Source: Phyllobates terribilis (taxonomy: Eukaryota). From it: DNA of 64,000 bases. Within the stretch, counting starts at the first letter, position 1. Every line of letters starts with the position of its first letter. The position numbers and the translations under genes are program-made. Under the pieces are notes generated by a model, which worked only from the letters and a program-made list of their open reading frames with translations, made no database searches and was not told the DNA's origin. The DNA is taken from contig NW_027362790.1 of assembly GCF_046119375.1 (NCBI RefSeq), positions 6,386,001 to 6,450,000 of the forward strand, given 5' to 3'. Shown here piece by piece: positions 12,143 through 25,391 of this stretch.

Positions 12143-15100
12143 CTGCCAAGAATAAAACCAATTATTATTTTTGAATAAAATATTCTTGAATTATATATTT
12201 TTTAACATTTCTACTTAAACTGTAAAATAGCAACTCATGTAAAAAATATTGAATTATTCACCAAGAAAATTACAGTTCACAGTGTAATAGAAAACTTCAT
12301 AGCAAGACCCAGTAGAGCGTGATGTTCAACTGTTTGTTCATTCAGTCTCCCAAATATGGAATAAAAAGCCAAACAATGTTATATAGGCAAAAATAATACC
12401 AATAAAAATTTCTACTCATCTCACAAAAAACAAGTCCCCACTCAGGTCCATCATTTGTCAGTGGAAAAACAGAGTTTTTCACATGATTAGTGGCTCAAAG
12501 GCTCTTGAAAAGCAACGTTGTTTCTAAAAACCAATCCAGCAATATTCGCTCTCCCAAAGTCAAATCTCCCCCTCTCTTCTGAGCCTTGCAGGGTGCCTTG
12601 GCATTACTATAGCGAAAAGAACCCACTTAATTTACAGTGTGTGTCTCCTGGAGCACAATCTGGGCACTATGTGTTGGGCAATAAAATGGCATATTTGTAA
12701 TTTTCACTTTGAAACATCTACTGTGTGCTAATTTTCGGAAAGTGACTGTGGAGTCAAAGTAGTGACAACTTCTTAAGATTAATTCATTGAGGGTCATAAT
12801 TTTCAAAATGGAGTCAATATATGGGAATTTCTACTGCTCTGATTTTCTGACATTTTGTATGGTGTGGTGTGTCCCATATCCTCTGAGACCTGCTCCTGCG
12901 ACGTCTGCTTCTGTCACCAGGTGCTGTCCTATTTATTCTGCAGGCGGCGCTGGTGATTGAGAAGACGTCGGGACCAAAAGTTCTGGGCGGCACAGGCTCT
13001 GTCCAGCCACTTAGATTAGTTTGCATGGAGCCAGTAGTACCATTCAGTCTGGCGGTATGGGTGTGTGTGCTGTTCAGCTGAAGTAATCTGCTCCCTACTT
13101 CTGGCAATTGGAAAGCACCGCACCCTACTAAAGCTGGAAGCATATTGCCGGAAGCTGCCAGATCCAGCCTTGTTCTCCTCTGGTTCAGGCCTCTGTGATC
13201 AGCTCCCGGCTTGTGCATTTGGTTCCTGTTGTGACCTCGGCCCGTTTACTGACTATTTTTGCGTATTCTGATTTTGTACTTTCTCTGCCCTCCTGGTTAT
13301 GGCTACCGGACTATTCTTCTTCCCATATCACAGAACAGAACAGCAAGTAACACTATGGCCCAAGCCTAGGAGTATCTGCGTAAGTCCAGATCCATAAGGA
13401 AGGATTAAAGGGTAATGGGCAAAACTGTGACTATAGATAATAACACTGACTGAAATGATCAAGCTGAACAGTCTTCTTCAGTAAAAAAAACCTTTAGTCT
13501 GTAACTGTAACTACTAGGTAGTTAAAGACTCACATAGGTGAGGCAGGCCGATCCAACGCCAAATAAACTATCATACAGAATGAACATGTAAAAAAAATAT
13601 AACAATAAAAATATGTGTTACATCCCCAACACCAATGTATGTACGAAGGGAGAAATCCAACACTAAACCGGAGATGCACTCATTTATGGTGGACCATTGG
13701 AGCCACTAGGAGTCCTGACCATAAGAGTAGAGAAAGTATTAGTGCCCCCATTTCAGGAGAGATTGTGCAGGAATCTGAATTCTTTAGGATTGAAAACATA
13801 ATGTAATTTATGACGTTGAGTGAATCCATGAAACCAGGGCTCGAGCCATGCCACCACATCTCCTGCAGGCGTGAATAGATGTATATTACAGCCATCAGCC
13901 ACGCACAGCTTAGAGACATATCATGGCACAGGTGTAATGTTATTTATGTAGTTTTATCCCAATCCTGCTTGAAGTTATTCAGTTTTAAAAGAAATTAAAA
14001 AGTCAGAATAAAGGGAAACTTTGTACAGAAATTCACAATTGGCCCTCACTGCACATTTAATATTGTCGATCATAAAAGTGAAGTTTGGCCAGAAAGACTG
14101 GACCTGGTCTTGTAGGGACCATATGAGCACATTCAGCCGCACAGAAAGGAGAGAAGGTAGATTCATCCAATAAGATATCAGGGATCTAGGAAGCCAACAG
14201 CATCATTACCCTCCTCTTTCTCTTACAGGCCCATCAGAATATTTTCCTTCAAGTGATTTTCTCACTTGTCAGCACATTCTACGTACGCTGTCATTTGGCT
14301 TTGTAGTTTACAGATCTGGGAATGTAACGGTCAGCGTCTACTAATCCCAGGGGGTAGGTGGATCCCCAGGTTGCAAGTTCTCTAGAAAAGGAGTTTTCAA
14401 TGCCCAAATTCATTTGAACAGTTTTGGGTGGAGAAGAATGTTGTGGTCTAGAGGTAAAATGGTGATCACTCGAATGTGATACGGCCGGACTACACCACCG
14501 ATAAAGCAGCCACAGCCGGTGACTGAGAAGAATCTGTGACTTCTCTGCATTTAGTGGTCACTACTCACCTGGGTAGTCATATGTAGCAATCTCCTCTTTA
14601 CACTGCTCATCACCCCTCACATATGTCTCTGTAGTATTAATATGGGTCAGATCTTCACCCTGAAACAAATATTATAAAAGTCACAGACAGATGGAGAAGT
14701 CCCATCTATGATCAGCTCTAATCCTGTCATCTCCACCGTTCTCATTACACAAGTATAAAATATATAATACTGGTGGATAAAACAAGACTGAGCACAAGAC
14801 CTTCACAGCCGTCTACACATCATAGGGGAGATCTCATGACACCTTCTCTCCATCTACCTGATGATCCTGAGGAACATTGGGATCTTCTTGTTTACAGTCC
14901 TGTGGAAGAAGAGGACGGGGACATCTCTCTGGTGTTGTCCTCTTACTGGATGGATCTGGAGGAAACACATACAGGGACTGAATTCATTCTTTACATACAG
15001 ATAATTATAGGCCGTGTGTATTTAGTCCTATTACCTGGTGATGTGAGGGGCTGGGGAACCTCCATCATGATGTCCTTGTACAGATATTTCTGTCCTTCTA

Positions 15101-15627
15101 AATACTCCCACTCCTCCATGGAGAAATAGACGGCGACATCCTGACACCTTATAGGAACCTGACACATACAATGATACCGTCATCCCCCGATCCCTCCATA
15201 GCATTACTGTATAATGTCCCAGCATTCCCAGCAGTGTCACCTCTCCAGTCAGCAGCTCAATCATCTTGTAGGTGAGTTCTAGGATCTTCTGGTCATTGAT
15301 GTCCTCATGTATCAGGTGGTGAGGTGGAAGCTCCGTGATTGGGCTCAGGGGTCTTCCCCATCCCTCAGACACAGGGTCCTGACAGCACTCACTAGAGGTC
15401 TTCTTCACTACTGTGTAATCCTGGTTATGGAGAGACACATTAATAAATCTCACTACAGACATTTCCAGAGTCCTCACCTCTCCAGTTCTGTCCATCTGTT
15501 ATTCCCATAGATAAGAATGATGTAATGTGACGTCATCAGAATCTCTCACCTCTCCAGTAAGCCGGAAGAGGATCTCTACGGTGAGGTGCATTATCCGCTC
15601 CGCCATCTTGTCTCTATCCATATCCAT
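9963..15627 (-). CDS. Amphibian KRAB-like C2H2 zinc-finger protein (XlCGF/XlCOF-like), 916 aa, 22 fingers
   Basis: Exons (minus): 15627-15550, 15420-15241, 15158-15035, 14955-14858, 14659-14569, 12142-9963. All introns are GT-AG with compatible phases. Total 2751 nt, in frame from [12 protein letters not shown] to TAA. Confidence 0.92.
12300..12850. mobile_element. Degenerate internal fragment of a non-autonomous DNA transposon (intronic)
   Basis: Shares motifs with the TTAA element at 34203-38232 (AAAAAACAAG.C, TCAAAATGG.GTCA). No termini seen. Confidence 0.4.
15035..15158 (-). CDS. KRAB-A-like exon of the zinc-finger gene
   Basis: Encodes [41 protein letters not shown] between CAG and GTAATA. 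Confidence 0.9.
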
Positions 15628-16444
15628 CCTTGATAGGTGATTCAGAAAAATTCTCTTATATAGAAGATCTTCACTGAGAGGATCTGATATTGTAGAGACC
15701 TGAATGAGAAGAAGATGAGCCGATATAACATCATAAAGAATTCTGTGTAATAATACAATTACTGGAGACAATACGGGAAATATATCAGGAGATAGAATGT
15801 GTAGATGTTGTGTTCTCTAGTTTTTATGGACTGGAACATAAGTTGAATTGCTGACTTAGACATCTCCTCCATACTTCCAATCACTGGCTAAGTTGGCCAC
15901 TGCTTCAGTAAGAATCACCCAGAAACCCAAGCAGCAATGGTATTTTTATTATTTTACAACATTCTGCTTTTGTCCCTGACGTAGTAATAAAACCTTTATA
16001 TTTTAGGCCCCAGACAACAAGCAGTTTCTTCCTCGGAGTCGGCAGCTGAATACGTTTCTTATAGACTCATCTTCCATAACGCTAATTCTCGTCATATACA
16101 TTACACATGGCATGAGAAATAACAACTTCATGATGAGGACGACATCTTCATCTTCTAATACGGCTCTAGAAACAGATATGGCCAGAGTCCGTCACTGACT
16201 ACATCATCACCGACCGTCTGTATGAATGTTTCCCATCTTTCCCAGGTTGTAATCTTTTATCACGTTAGATCTCATTTATAAGAGCGTGTGTGTAAGAACA
16301 AGACAGTTATTTGATGCTAATGTCTCCATGTACAGTGGTTTTTTCCTGGATATTATGTTTCCTTTAGCATTTTCCTGTAGGCTTCCATATATCACATGAA
16401 AAACACCAAAAAAAGAAAACCAAGTGTTAAAACATAAAATAAAA

Positions 16445-16665
16445 TTGGGGATGGCGGCACTGTGGGAACATTATACTGTATGTGGGGGGATGGTGGTAAT
16501 TTGGGAATATTATATTGTATGTGGGGAGATGGTGGGACTGTGACAACATTATACTGTATGTGGGGGGATGGCGGTACTGTGAGAACATTATACAGTATGT
16601 GGGAAGATGGCGGTACTGTGAGAACATTATACAGTGTGGGGAAATAGAGGTACTATGAGAGCATT
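16445..16665. repeat. About 39-bp minisatellite, 5-6 copies
   Basis: Unit approximately GGGGATGGCGGTACTGTGAGAACATTATACTGTATGTG. Confidence 0.9.
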
Positions 16666-16959
16666 ATATTGAGAGGCTTAATGACCGCAGTGGCTCCTGC
16701 GACCGACCCCTACTTCAGCTGGATGTGTTCTTGGACTGACATTAAGCTGAAGTGCCACAATACACGCTGCTGACCAATCAGAGGCCAGCAGCTGACATCG
16801 GCATGTACGCCATTAGGGGGCGCATGGAAGTAACATCATGCTCTCCTGTCGCTTGCAGCTGAAGTCAGCGGCAGCTCCAGAAAAAAGACACCGAGTGGCG
16901 AGGGAGCAGAGGGAAGGTGAGTACAATGTTTTGTTTTCTTTAAATCAGCGAGTACACAG

Positions 16960-17608
16960 TGCCCTTGGCCATAATACTACATGTAAGAGTGTGGGCTGTG
17001 CATTATACTACATGTACGGACTATTGGCTGTGCATTATACTACATGTAAGAGTGTGGGCTGTGCATTATACTACATGTATGAGTATGGGCTGTGCATTAT
17101 ACTACATGTATGGACTATGGGCTGTGCATTATACTACATGTACGGACTATTGGCTGTGCATTATACTACATGTAAGAGTGTGGGCTGTGCATTATACTAC
17201 ATGTATGAGTATGGGCTGTGCATTATACTACATGTACGGACTATTGGCTGTGCATTATACTACATGTAAGAGTGTGGGCTGTGCATTATACTACATGTAA
17301 GAGTATGGGCTGTGCATTATACTACATGGATGACTGTGGGCTGTGCATTATACTACATGTACGGACTATGGGCTGTGCATTATACAATATGTACGGACTA
17401 TGGGCTGTGCATTATACAATATGTACGGACTATGGGCTGTGCATTATACTGCATGTACGAACCATGGGCTGTGTATTATGCTACTTGTACGGACCATGGG
17501 CTGTGCATTATGCTACATTTATGGACTATGGGCTGTGCATTATACTACATGTATGGACTATGGGCTGTGCATTATACTGCATGTATGGACTATGGGCTGT
17601 GAATTATA
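16960..17608. repeat. 32-bp minisatellite (continues at 25673-25805 beyond the Tc1)
   Basis: Unit GGACTATGGGCTGTGCATTATACTACATGTAC, about 20 copies. Removing the Tc1 restores a unit (ATTA-TA-CTACAT). Confidence 0.95.
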
Positions 17609-17910
17609 CAACCCCTGGCAAAAATTATGGAATCACCGGGCTCGGAGGATGTTCATTCAGTTGTTTAGATTTGTGCCATGTCTGTGATCAGCTTTTTTTC
17701 AACAACATTAAAGTCATTTCAAATGGCAACTCTATGGCTTTAAGAAACACTAAAAGAAATCAAGAAAAAAAATGTTGTACTCAGTAAGGGTAATTTTTTT
17801 CCAACCAAGCAGAGGGAAAAAATTATGGAATCACTCTGTAAATTTTCATTTCCAAAACTAACACCTGCATCAAATTAGATCTGCTCGGGGCGTGGCCTGG
17901 CTATGGAGGA

Positions 17911-19449
17911 GTGAAGTCGCAGGGTTGTTTGCTCCCGTCCCTGGCCCAGCTTCGGGGCATGCCTACCACATCAAATCGAGCCAAAATACTGCCAATGCCA
18001 GCAAAAAAGAAACGGAACATAACACAGATCAGTGTGAGTACCCAGCGGGCCTCTCCAACCAACATTACATGCTATCTGAGAAGCACTGCACCTGCTTCTC
18101 CTGCACAAGCGGGATCTAAGATGGCGTCGGCGGGCCCTGTACAGTGCTCCTCGGCTCCTGCATCGGAGCCTCTGAGCCCACGTGGTAAACGCTCCCCCAC
18201 ATCAAGATCAACAGACCAGGCGATACCTTCGTCGGCGGAGGACTCTCAGGCGTGGGAGAACACGGGAGGCCTCACCGTCGCAGCTACGGAGGACTCCCCC
18301 CAGTCCAAGATGGCGGACCCTGGTTTCGCGCCTCCGGGATTCAGGTGCGTGGTGGGGGATAGCTCCGTGCTCCAACCCCCGGACACTTCAGACTCAGCAG
18401 AGCTTACCTCTGCTGCAGGTCCGGACTTACAGAGACCCCAATGGTCCACTGATGACCAGAGATCCCCTGAGAGAGGCTCCTTCCCCACATTATTACGCTC
18501 TCCCTCTCCTGGCTGCTCAGAGGAGAGCCAACAGGATGATTTATCTCAGCATGAGGCAGTGTGGAAAGATCTCAAAGCTCGAATACGAGCTATCCCAACC
18601 AGGGAGGACATGGAGTCCTATATGTTCAGACTGGAGTCCTCCTACAGAGCTGAAACTGCTGCCATTAGAGGGGACATGCAAGAGTTAACAGAAAAAGTGT
18701 CTGCTGCTGAGTCACACACAGCATCCATCGCCCAACAAGTTAAATCCCATGAACAAACTTTGTCCTCCCACTCATACCAACTGGAATACCTAACAGATTT
18801 GATAGACGATATTGAGAACAGAGAAAGGCGCAATAATATTAGGATTAGAGGACTTCCAGAGACAATTGAACACCATAAATTGGATGAGACACTACGCCAT
18901 TTGTTCAACTCTATTCTGGGTTGGCTCTTAGAGAGTGAGTTGGAGTTAGACAGGGCCCATAGATCCCTGGGTCCCAGACCCTCTGACATGTCAAAACATC
19001 GAGATGTGATTTGCCGGGTTCATAAATACAAAATCAAAGAAAGCATCTTAATAAAGGCCAGAAAAATGAATTCTATTCTATATCAAGATCATCCTGTACA
19101 ACTCATGTCTGATCTATCACGTCACACACTTCAAAAGAGGAGGACTTTAAGACCTCTATTAGAGGTTTTGAGACAGCAGAACATATTATATTCTTGGGGT
19201 TTCCCTTTCCGCCTACAAGTCCGCCATTCTGGGGTTTTACATGTGGTACGCTGCCCTGGAGACATCCCGGCTTTTGTTAAGGGCTTGGGGATCCCCCACG
19301 TATCTATATCATCAGAGGATTGGCCAAGTCTCCCAGGAGGCCCCAAGTCGGATCTCAATCCTCAATCACAAAAAGTGACAAGAAACAAAGCCAGAGAAGA
19401 ATCTAGAAGAGAGATCAATAGGAAACACGTTCCGCATCCCCCAGATTGA
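17911..19449 (+). CDS. L1 ORF1p (uninterrupted; true start codon uncertain)
   Basis: Coiled-coil region, then IENRERRNNIRIRGLPE, LELDRAHR, DLSRHTLQKRR and WGFPF motifs of L1 ORF1. Confidence 0.9.
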   Translation: MKSQGCLLPSLAQLRGMPTTSNRAKILPMPAKKKRNITQISVSTQRASPTNITCYLRSTAPASPAQAGSKMASAGPVQCSSAPASEPLSPRGKRSPTSRSTDQAIPSSAEDSQAWENTGGLTVAATEDSPQSKMADPGFAPPGFRCVVGDSSVLQPPDTSDSAELTSAAGPDLQRPQWSTDDQRSPERGSFPTLLRSPSPGCSEESQQDDLSQHEAVWKDLKARIRAIPTREDMESYMFRLESSYRAETAAIRGDMQELTEKVSAAESHTASIAQQVKSHEQTLSSHSYQLEYLTDLIDDIENRERRNNIRIRGLPETIEHHKLDETLRHLFNSILGWLLESELELDRAHRSLGPRPSDMSKHRDVICRVHKYKIKESILIKARKMNSILYQDHPVQLMSDLSRHTLQKRRTLRPLLEVLRQQNILYSWGFPFRLQVRHSGVLHVVRCPGDIPAFVKGLGIPHVSISSEDWPSLPGGPKSDLNPQSQKVTRNKAREESRREINRKHVPHPPD

Positions 19450-20085
19450 AACATCTCTCACAAAAAGGACCTGTGGTCAATTCTCTAGCCCTCAGTGCTA
19501 GTCAAGCTGGTGAAAGACATTAGAATGTTATGTTCCTCTAAAATGTTGGTGAAAGACATTAGAATGTTATGTTCCTCTAAAATGTTCTCAACGTAGAATA
19601 TAGTTGATATTTTGAATACCTCACGTATGTGACTGGTTATCAGTGACAAAACTGATTGTACTATGTCAATAGTATTCAGTTCTTGGGAGGTACAGATATT
19701 ATCTCACAAGGTTATGTGATATATTGATTTGAGATTTAATATAGTGATAAGCAGATGTTAATCTATGACAGTTTTTGGCTGCCTTTATATCAAAGTTTTA
19801 GTACAAAAGGTTTGGCCTGTTGTTTGGGCTTGGGGGGGGACGGCTCCTCGGTAGAAAGCCCATTCTCTCAAGGGGTTTACACACTGCTGGCATGTGTAAA
19901 ATAGACTCATCTCCCCTCATCAGATTGTTTTCTTTATTCTAATTTTATTTTTGTTCCCCTTTTGCTTTCTCGTCCCTTTCCCCCACCCCTTTTTTTTTTT
20001 TTTTTTTCTCTCTACATATTTTGTACCTTTTTTCTTAATTTTCGTCTCCTATCTCACCCCACCCCCTTCCTCACCCTTGGTAATC

Positions 20086-23000
20086 ATGTCATCTTTTAAA
20101 GTAGGTTCATTGAATGTAAGAGGCTTTAATGTCCCACAGAAACGTTCTCAAATTTTATACTCTATGCACAAACAAAAAGTTCAGGTTCTTATGTTACAAG
20201 AGACGCATTTTAAAATGGGGCATGTGCCTGTTCTTGGTGATAGGTATTATTCTCGATGGTTTCACAGCACTAATATGGATTCACGCTCTAAGGGTGTATC
20301 CATAGCCATACACAAATCGTTGGCTTACACTTTCATGGATTCTCTCATTGATGATCAAGGCAGATATGTGTTTTTAAAACTTAAAATAGCGGAATCAATA
20401 TATACAATAGCAAATTGGTACCTCCCTAACAAAGATCAGATCCCCACGTGTAGGTCCTTTTTAACATTCCTCTCTGAATTTGCAGAAGGTATTCTGATTG
20501 CAGGTGGAGACTTTAACTTCACATGGAATCCCGCGCTAGATTCATCCTCAGGAAGGGGTGTTGTCCCTTCGAGAAGGCTCCGATCACTGAAGCGGGCCAT
20601 CCACGCCCTCAGATTGACAGACGTTTGGCGAATCTTAAATCCTCAGGGTAAGGATTACACATATTTTTCTCCTGCGCATGGTTCATATAGTCGCATTGAT
20701 TTCTTCCTGTTGAGTCATCACGCTCTTTCTTTAAACCCATCTGCCACAATAGGCGACATGTTGTGGTCTGATCATGCTCCAATTTTTCTATCCCTATCTA
20801 TTCCTTCCTCTGTCCGACGCTCGTGGACATGGAAAATGAATGATCACCTTCTCAAGGATAGTATCTGCATGACAGAATTAAAAGATTCTATTGATTCTTT
20901 TATGCAAATTCACAAAACAGATCAGACCTCAACTCCTCTGCAATGGGAAACTCTAAAATGTGTCATGAGAGGCGTGTTGATTAAACATGGTTCAAGACTC
21001 AAAAAAGAATGAACACAGAGGGTGAATGACCTGTTGAGACAGATACACATATTGGAGATATCGCACAAACATACATTGTCACCTAATACACTTGCAGAAC
21101 TATCAAAAAAAAGGAATGATCTTAAGATCTTGTTTGAGCAAAAATATATAAGACACAGGGAGCAAACTAAAAGTTTTTTTTATGAATCGTCGGATAAATG
21201 TGGACGGGCACTCTCAAGATTGCTTCATCCTCGTTCTGCGGCAACATACGTTCCATATATCAAGAAACAGAATGGGGAGGATGCCCATAACCCTACAGAA
21301 ATTATCGAGACATTTCGCTCATACTATGAGAAGTTATATAAAGGGCAATATTCTGATCTCTCTCCCTGTGACCTAACTGCCCGAATTAAAGAGTATATAC
21401 AGGATACTTCTTTACCATCTTTAGATAGCCAGGTCTCTGGGGAACTGGAAAAAGACATCACGGAGGAGGAGGTCAATCTTGCTATTCAATCTACACCATC
21501 TGGTAAAAGTCCTGGCCCAGACGGATTTACCCCAGCATTCTATAAGTCCCTTAAAACTCAACTATCCCCTATTATGCATAAAACATTTAACTCACTAAAT
21601 GATAAGACGTGTTTCGTCCCCCAATCAGTGGAAGCTCATATTAGTATCCTTCCTAAACAGGGTAAAGATCTTACAAATACGGCTAATTATAGACCCATAT
21701 CATTAATAAACGTAGACATTAAAATACTCTCCAAAATTCTAGCAGAAAGACTGGCCCCATTGTTACCCTCCCTTATAAACACAGATCAAGTGGGATTTAT
21801 TCAGGGCCGAGAGGCAAGAGATAACACCATTAAGACCATGTTGCTAATCTCCAAAGCTAAAAGCAACTCCGTACCTATGGGCCTTTTATCTGTTGATGCA
21901 GAGAAGGCCTTTGATAGGGTTCATTGGCAATTTATGAAGGAAGCACTAAGCCAAATAGGCATTGGACCACGATTTTTACAGTTGATTTTCTCCTTGTATT
22001 CAGGTCCTACTGCCAGAGTTAGGGTTAATGGAACCCTTTAAGATACAAAATGGGACTAGACAGGGGTGCCCTCTTTCCCCCCTTCTGTACATGATAGTGA
22101 TGGAACACCTGGCCAACGCTATAAGGAAAAATAGTAGTATTCAAGGGGTTAAAATAGGTACAAGGACTTATAAGACAGCATTATATGCAGATGATCTCCT
22201 CCTCTATGTATCTCAACCTCAGACATCTCTTCCTTCCTTAATGAAGGAGTTTGACAGATTTGGGTTCCTGAGTAATTTCAAAGTTAATTACTCAAAATCG
22301 GAGGCATTAAACGTGTCATTGCCACAGAGAGAGGTTAAACAGGTAATGGACAACTTCCCTTTTAAGTGGAAATCGGAGGCGATAAAATACTTGGGAGTGC
22401 TCGTTTCTTCTGATTTGTCAAAAATGTATGCGCTAAACTACCAGTCTCTCTTGGACCGTACATGTAAAGATTTACTAAATTACAGTAAACTGAGAATGTC
22501 CTGGTTTGGCAAAATGAATGCCGTAAAAATGGATATACTTCCCCGTTTTTTATACATTTTTCAAACTGTCCCTATCTCTCCCCCATGCAGCTATTTCAGC
22601 AGATTACGTACAGTATTAACTAGGTTTGTGTGGGGTAAAGGTAGACCTAGGATAAGTATGCAGACTTTAAACCACCCTAAAGCAGCTGGTGGAGCTGGAT
22701 TTCCGAATTTTAAAACATACTTTCAAGCCTCTGCTTTGGGTCGCCTTCTAGACTGGCACTATAATTCTTTGACAAAGCAATGGGTCACTGTTGAGCAGGA
22801 GGGAGTTGTTGTTCCTTTGAAGCACCTTCCCTGGCTCTTCGCCTCAGACGTTTCCTCAATTGGAGGTTTATCTGAATTGACTAGGGGTACAATCAAAATT
22901 TGGCATGCAATTATGAAAAAACACTTTTCCTCTAGTACAATCAGCCCTCTTATGCCATTATTCTCCAATCCCTCCTTCCCTCCTGGATATTTGAGGGATT

Positions 23001-23878
23001 CTTTCATGGGATGGAGAGCTAGGGAGGATGTTCGCCTTCTGCAGATATTCGAAAATGGTAGATTTCCGTCATTCAATACAATACGAGATAGGTATCCGTC
23101 TAGAAAACTCCAGTGGTTGGAATATCTACAGTTACAATCGTTTTTATCGTCTAGGGGGGCAGCACCCCTATTCCAGTGTACACCATCTTCCTTTGAGAGA
23201 CTGTTTTTGCAGGAATCTCCTCCCAACCATGTAATATCCATGCTTTATAATTGTCTGATAGGGGTAAATATCTCAGGAAAGCTTAATTTTCAACATAAGT
23301 GGGAACAGGAATTGGGACATATCATACCCTCGTCAGACTGGGAAAAAGGTTTCTTGTTTACACACAAAATGTCAGGTACAAATTATGCGCAGGAGAAAAA
23401 TTTCAAAATTATGGCAAGATGGTATCAGTATCCTGTGAAACTCCACTCCATATTTCCGGCAACTTCAGACATGTGTTGGCGATGTGGAGTGGAAAAGGGA
23501 TCTATGCTCCACATTTGGTGGGAATGTAGTCAGATCAAACCTCTGTGGGAAAAAACATTCTCCAACTATAACCTAATTACTGAAAATAGGGTTGAGAATT
23601 GCTCTGAGATAGCCCTACTTTCCATCCTGCCTTCATCGATTAGATCCCAAAAAAAAGATATCTTAAGATTTTGTTTAACAGCAGCTCGTGCGGTGATTCC
23701 ACGTTATTGGAAGTCACCTCAAATTCCCCCAATCTCAGAGTGGTACAATGAAATGGCTTATATCTGCTGAATGAAGCTTTCTGCTGATTTCAATGATTGT
23801 GCGGATAAATTCATGAAGATCTGGAGTGTTTGGATCTTGTTCCAAGACTCGTCGGAGTTCCACGGGCTATTTGGGTAA
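20086..23878 (+). pseudogene. L1 ORF2p (APE endonuclease - RT - Cys-rich), three lesions
   Basis: ATG at 20086. In-frame TGA at 21010-21012, frameshifting deletion near 22035, in-frame TGA at 23768-23770, natural TAA at 23876. Motifs GDFN, SDH, QGCPLSP, YADD, CWRC..H.WW.C. Confidence 0.93.
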
Positions 23879-24372
23879 AGACTGATGAATAGACGAATTG
23901 GATCCGGATTGGTGCTGGAGATGATTAGTGAAATTAAAATGGAACCTTAGCTCAGACTCCCCTGCCCCGTTCCCATTCATTAAACCCTTCTCTCCTTTCC
24001 TATTTTCACTTTCTTATTACTTCTTCTCCTGCTCTCCCCTCCCCACCTTTTTTTTTTTTTTTTTCCGTTTTTGTACTGTTGATATTTGATATATGTTCTT
24101 GGTTCCATTGCTGGAACATATAAAAGTAAGCTTATACTGCTGGATAAAGGTGCTTCAGTCTTATAAGAAAAATAGTAAATATGTGAATATACAATTTTCT
24201 GACCGTCGAGACTGAGCACTGGCTTCTACTGATGTTAATTTTGTATGTTTATGTCTTTTCTTATTTCAATAAAAAAGAGATTATACTAAATTAGATCTGC
24301 TTGTTAGTCTGCATCTAAAAAGGAGTGATCACACCTTGGAGAGCTGTAGCACCAAGTGGACTGACATGAATC

Positions 24373-25391
24373 ATGGCACCAACACGAGAGATGTCAATTG
24401 AAACAAAGGAGAGGATTATCAAACTCTTAAAAGAAGGTAAATCATCATGCAATGTTGCAAAAGATGTTGGTTGTTCACAGTCAGCTGTGTCTAAAATCTG
24501 GACCAAATACAAACATGGAAAGGTTGTTAAAGGCAAACATACTGGTAGACCAAGGAAGACATCAAAGCATCAAGACCAGAAACTTAAAGCAATATGTCTC
24601 CAAAACAGGAAATGCACAACAAAACAAATGAGGAACGAATGGGAGGAAACTGGAGTCAATGTTTGTGACAGAACTGTAAGAAACAGCCTAAAGGAAAGGG
24701 GATTTACATACAGAAAAGCTAAACAAAAGCCATCATTAACACCTAAACAGAAAAAAACAAGGTTACAATGGGCTAAGGAAAAGCAATCGTGGACTGTGGA
24801 TGACTGGATGAAAGTCATATTCAGTGATGAATCGCGAATCTGCATTGGGAAGGTGATGATGCTGGAACTTTTGTTTGGTGCCGTTCCAATGAGATTTATA
24901 AAGATGACTGCATGAAGAGAACATGCAAATTTCCACAGTCATTGATGATATGGGGCTGCATGTCAGGTAAAGGCACTGGGGAGATGGCTGTCATTACATC
25001 TTCAATAAATGCCCAAGTTTACATTGATATTTTGGACAGTTTTCTTACCCCATCAATTGAAAGGATGTTTGGGGATGATGACATCATTTTTCAAGATGAT
25101 AATACATCCTGCCATAGAGCAAAAACGGTGAAAACATTCCTTGAAACAAGACACATAAGGTCAATGTCATGGCCTGCAAATTGTCCGGATCTCAATCCAA
25201 TTGAAAATCTTTTGTGGAAGTTGAAGAAAATAGTCCATGACAAGGCTACAACCTGCAAAGCTGATCTGGCAACAGCAATCAGAGAAAGTTGGAGCCAGAC
25301 TGATGAAGAGTACTGTTTGTCACTCATTAAGTCCATGCCTCAGAGACTGCAAGCTGTTATTAAAGCCAGAGGTGGTGCAACAAAATACTAG
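24373..25391 (+). pseudogene. Tc1 transposase (DD34E), frameshifted near 24850
   Basis: HTH N-terminus; IFSDES, FQDDN and PDLNPIEN motifs across ORFs 24373-24915 and 24912-25391. Confidence 0.92.

Larger units (their letters stand above)
17886..24287 (+). mobile_element. Full-length L1 retrotransposon (6.4 kb)
   Basis: 14-bp TSD AAATTAGATCTGCT at 17872-17885 and 24288-24301. ORF1, about 640-bp spacer, ORF2, and AATAAA at 24268. Confidence 0.96.

Noticed and set aside
12860-13330. LTR-like GC-rich segment in the zinc-finger intron
   Set aside because: Could not define TG...CA termini or a TSD.
16045-16080. GATGAG...GAAAC hammerhead-like string on the minus strand
   Set aside because: Lacks the CU of the core and convincing stems.
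16838-17787. Overlapping Cys/Tyr-rich ORFs
   Set aside because: Translations of the 32-bp minisatellite.
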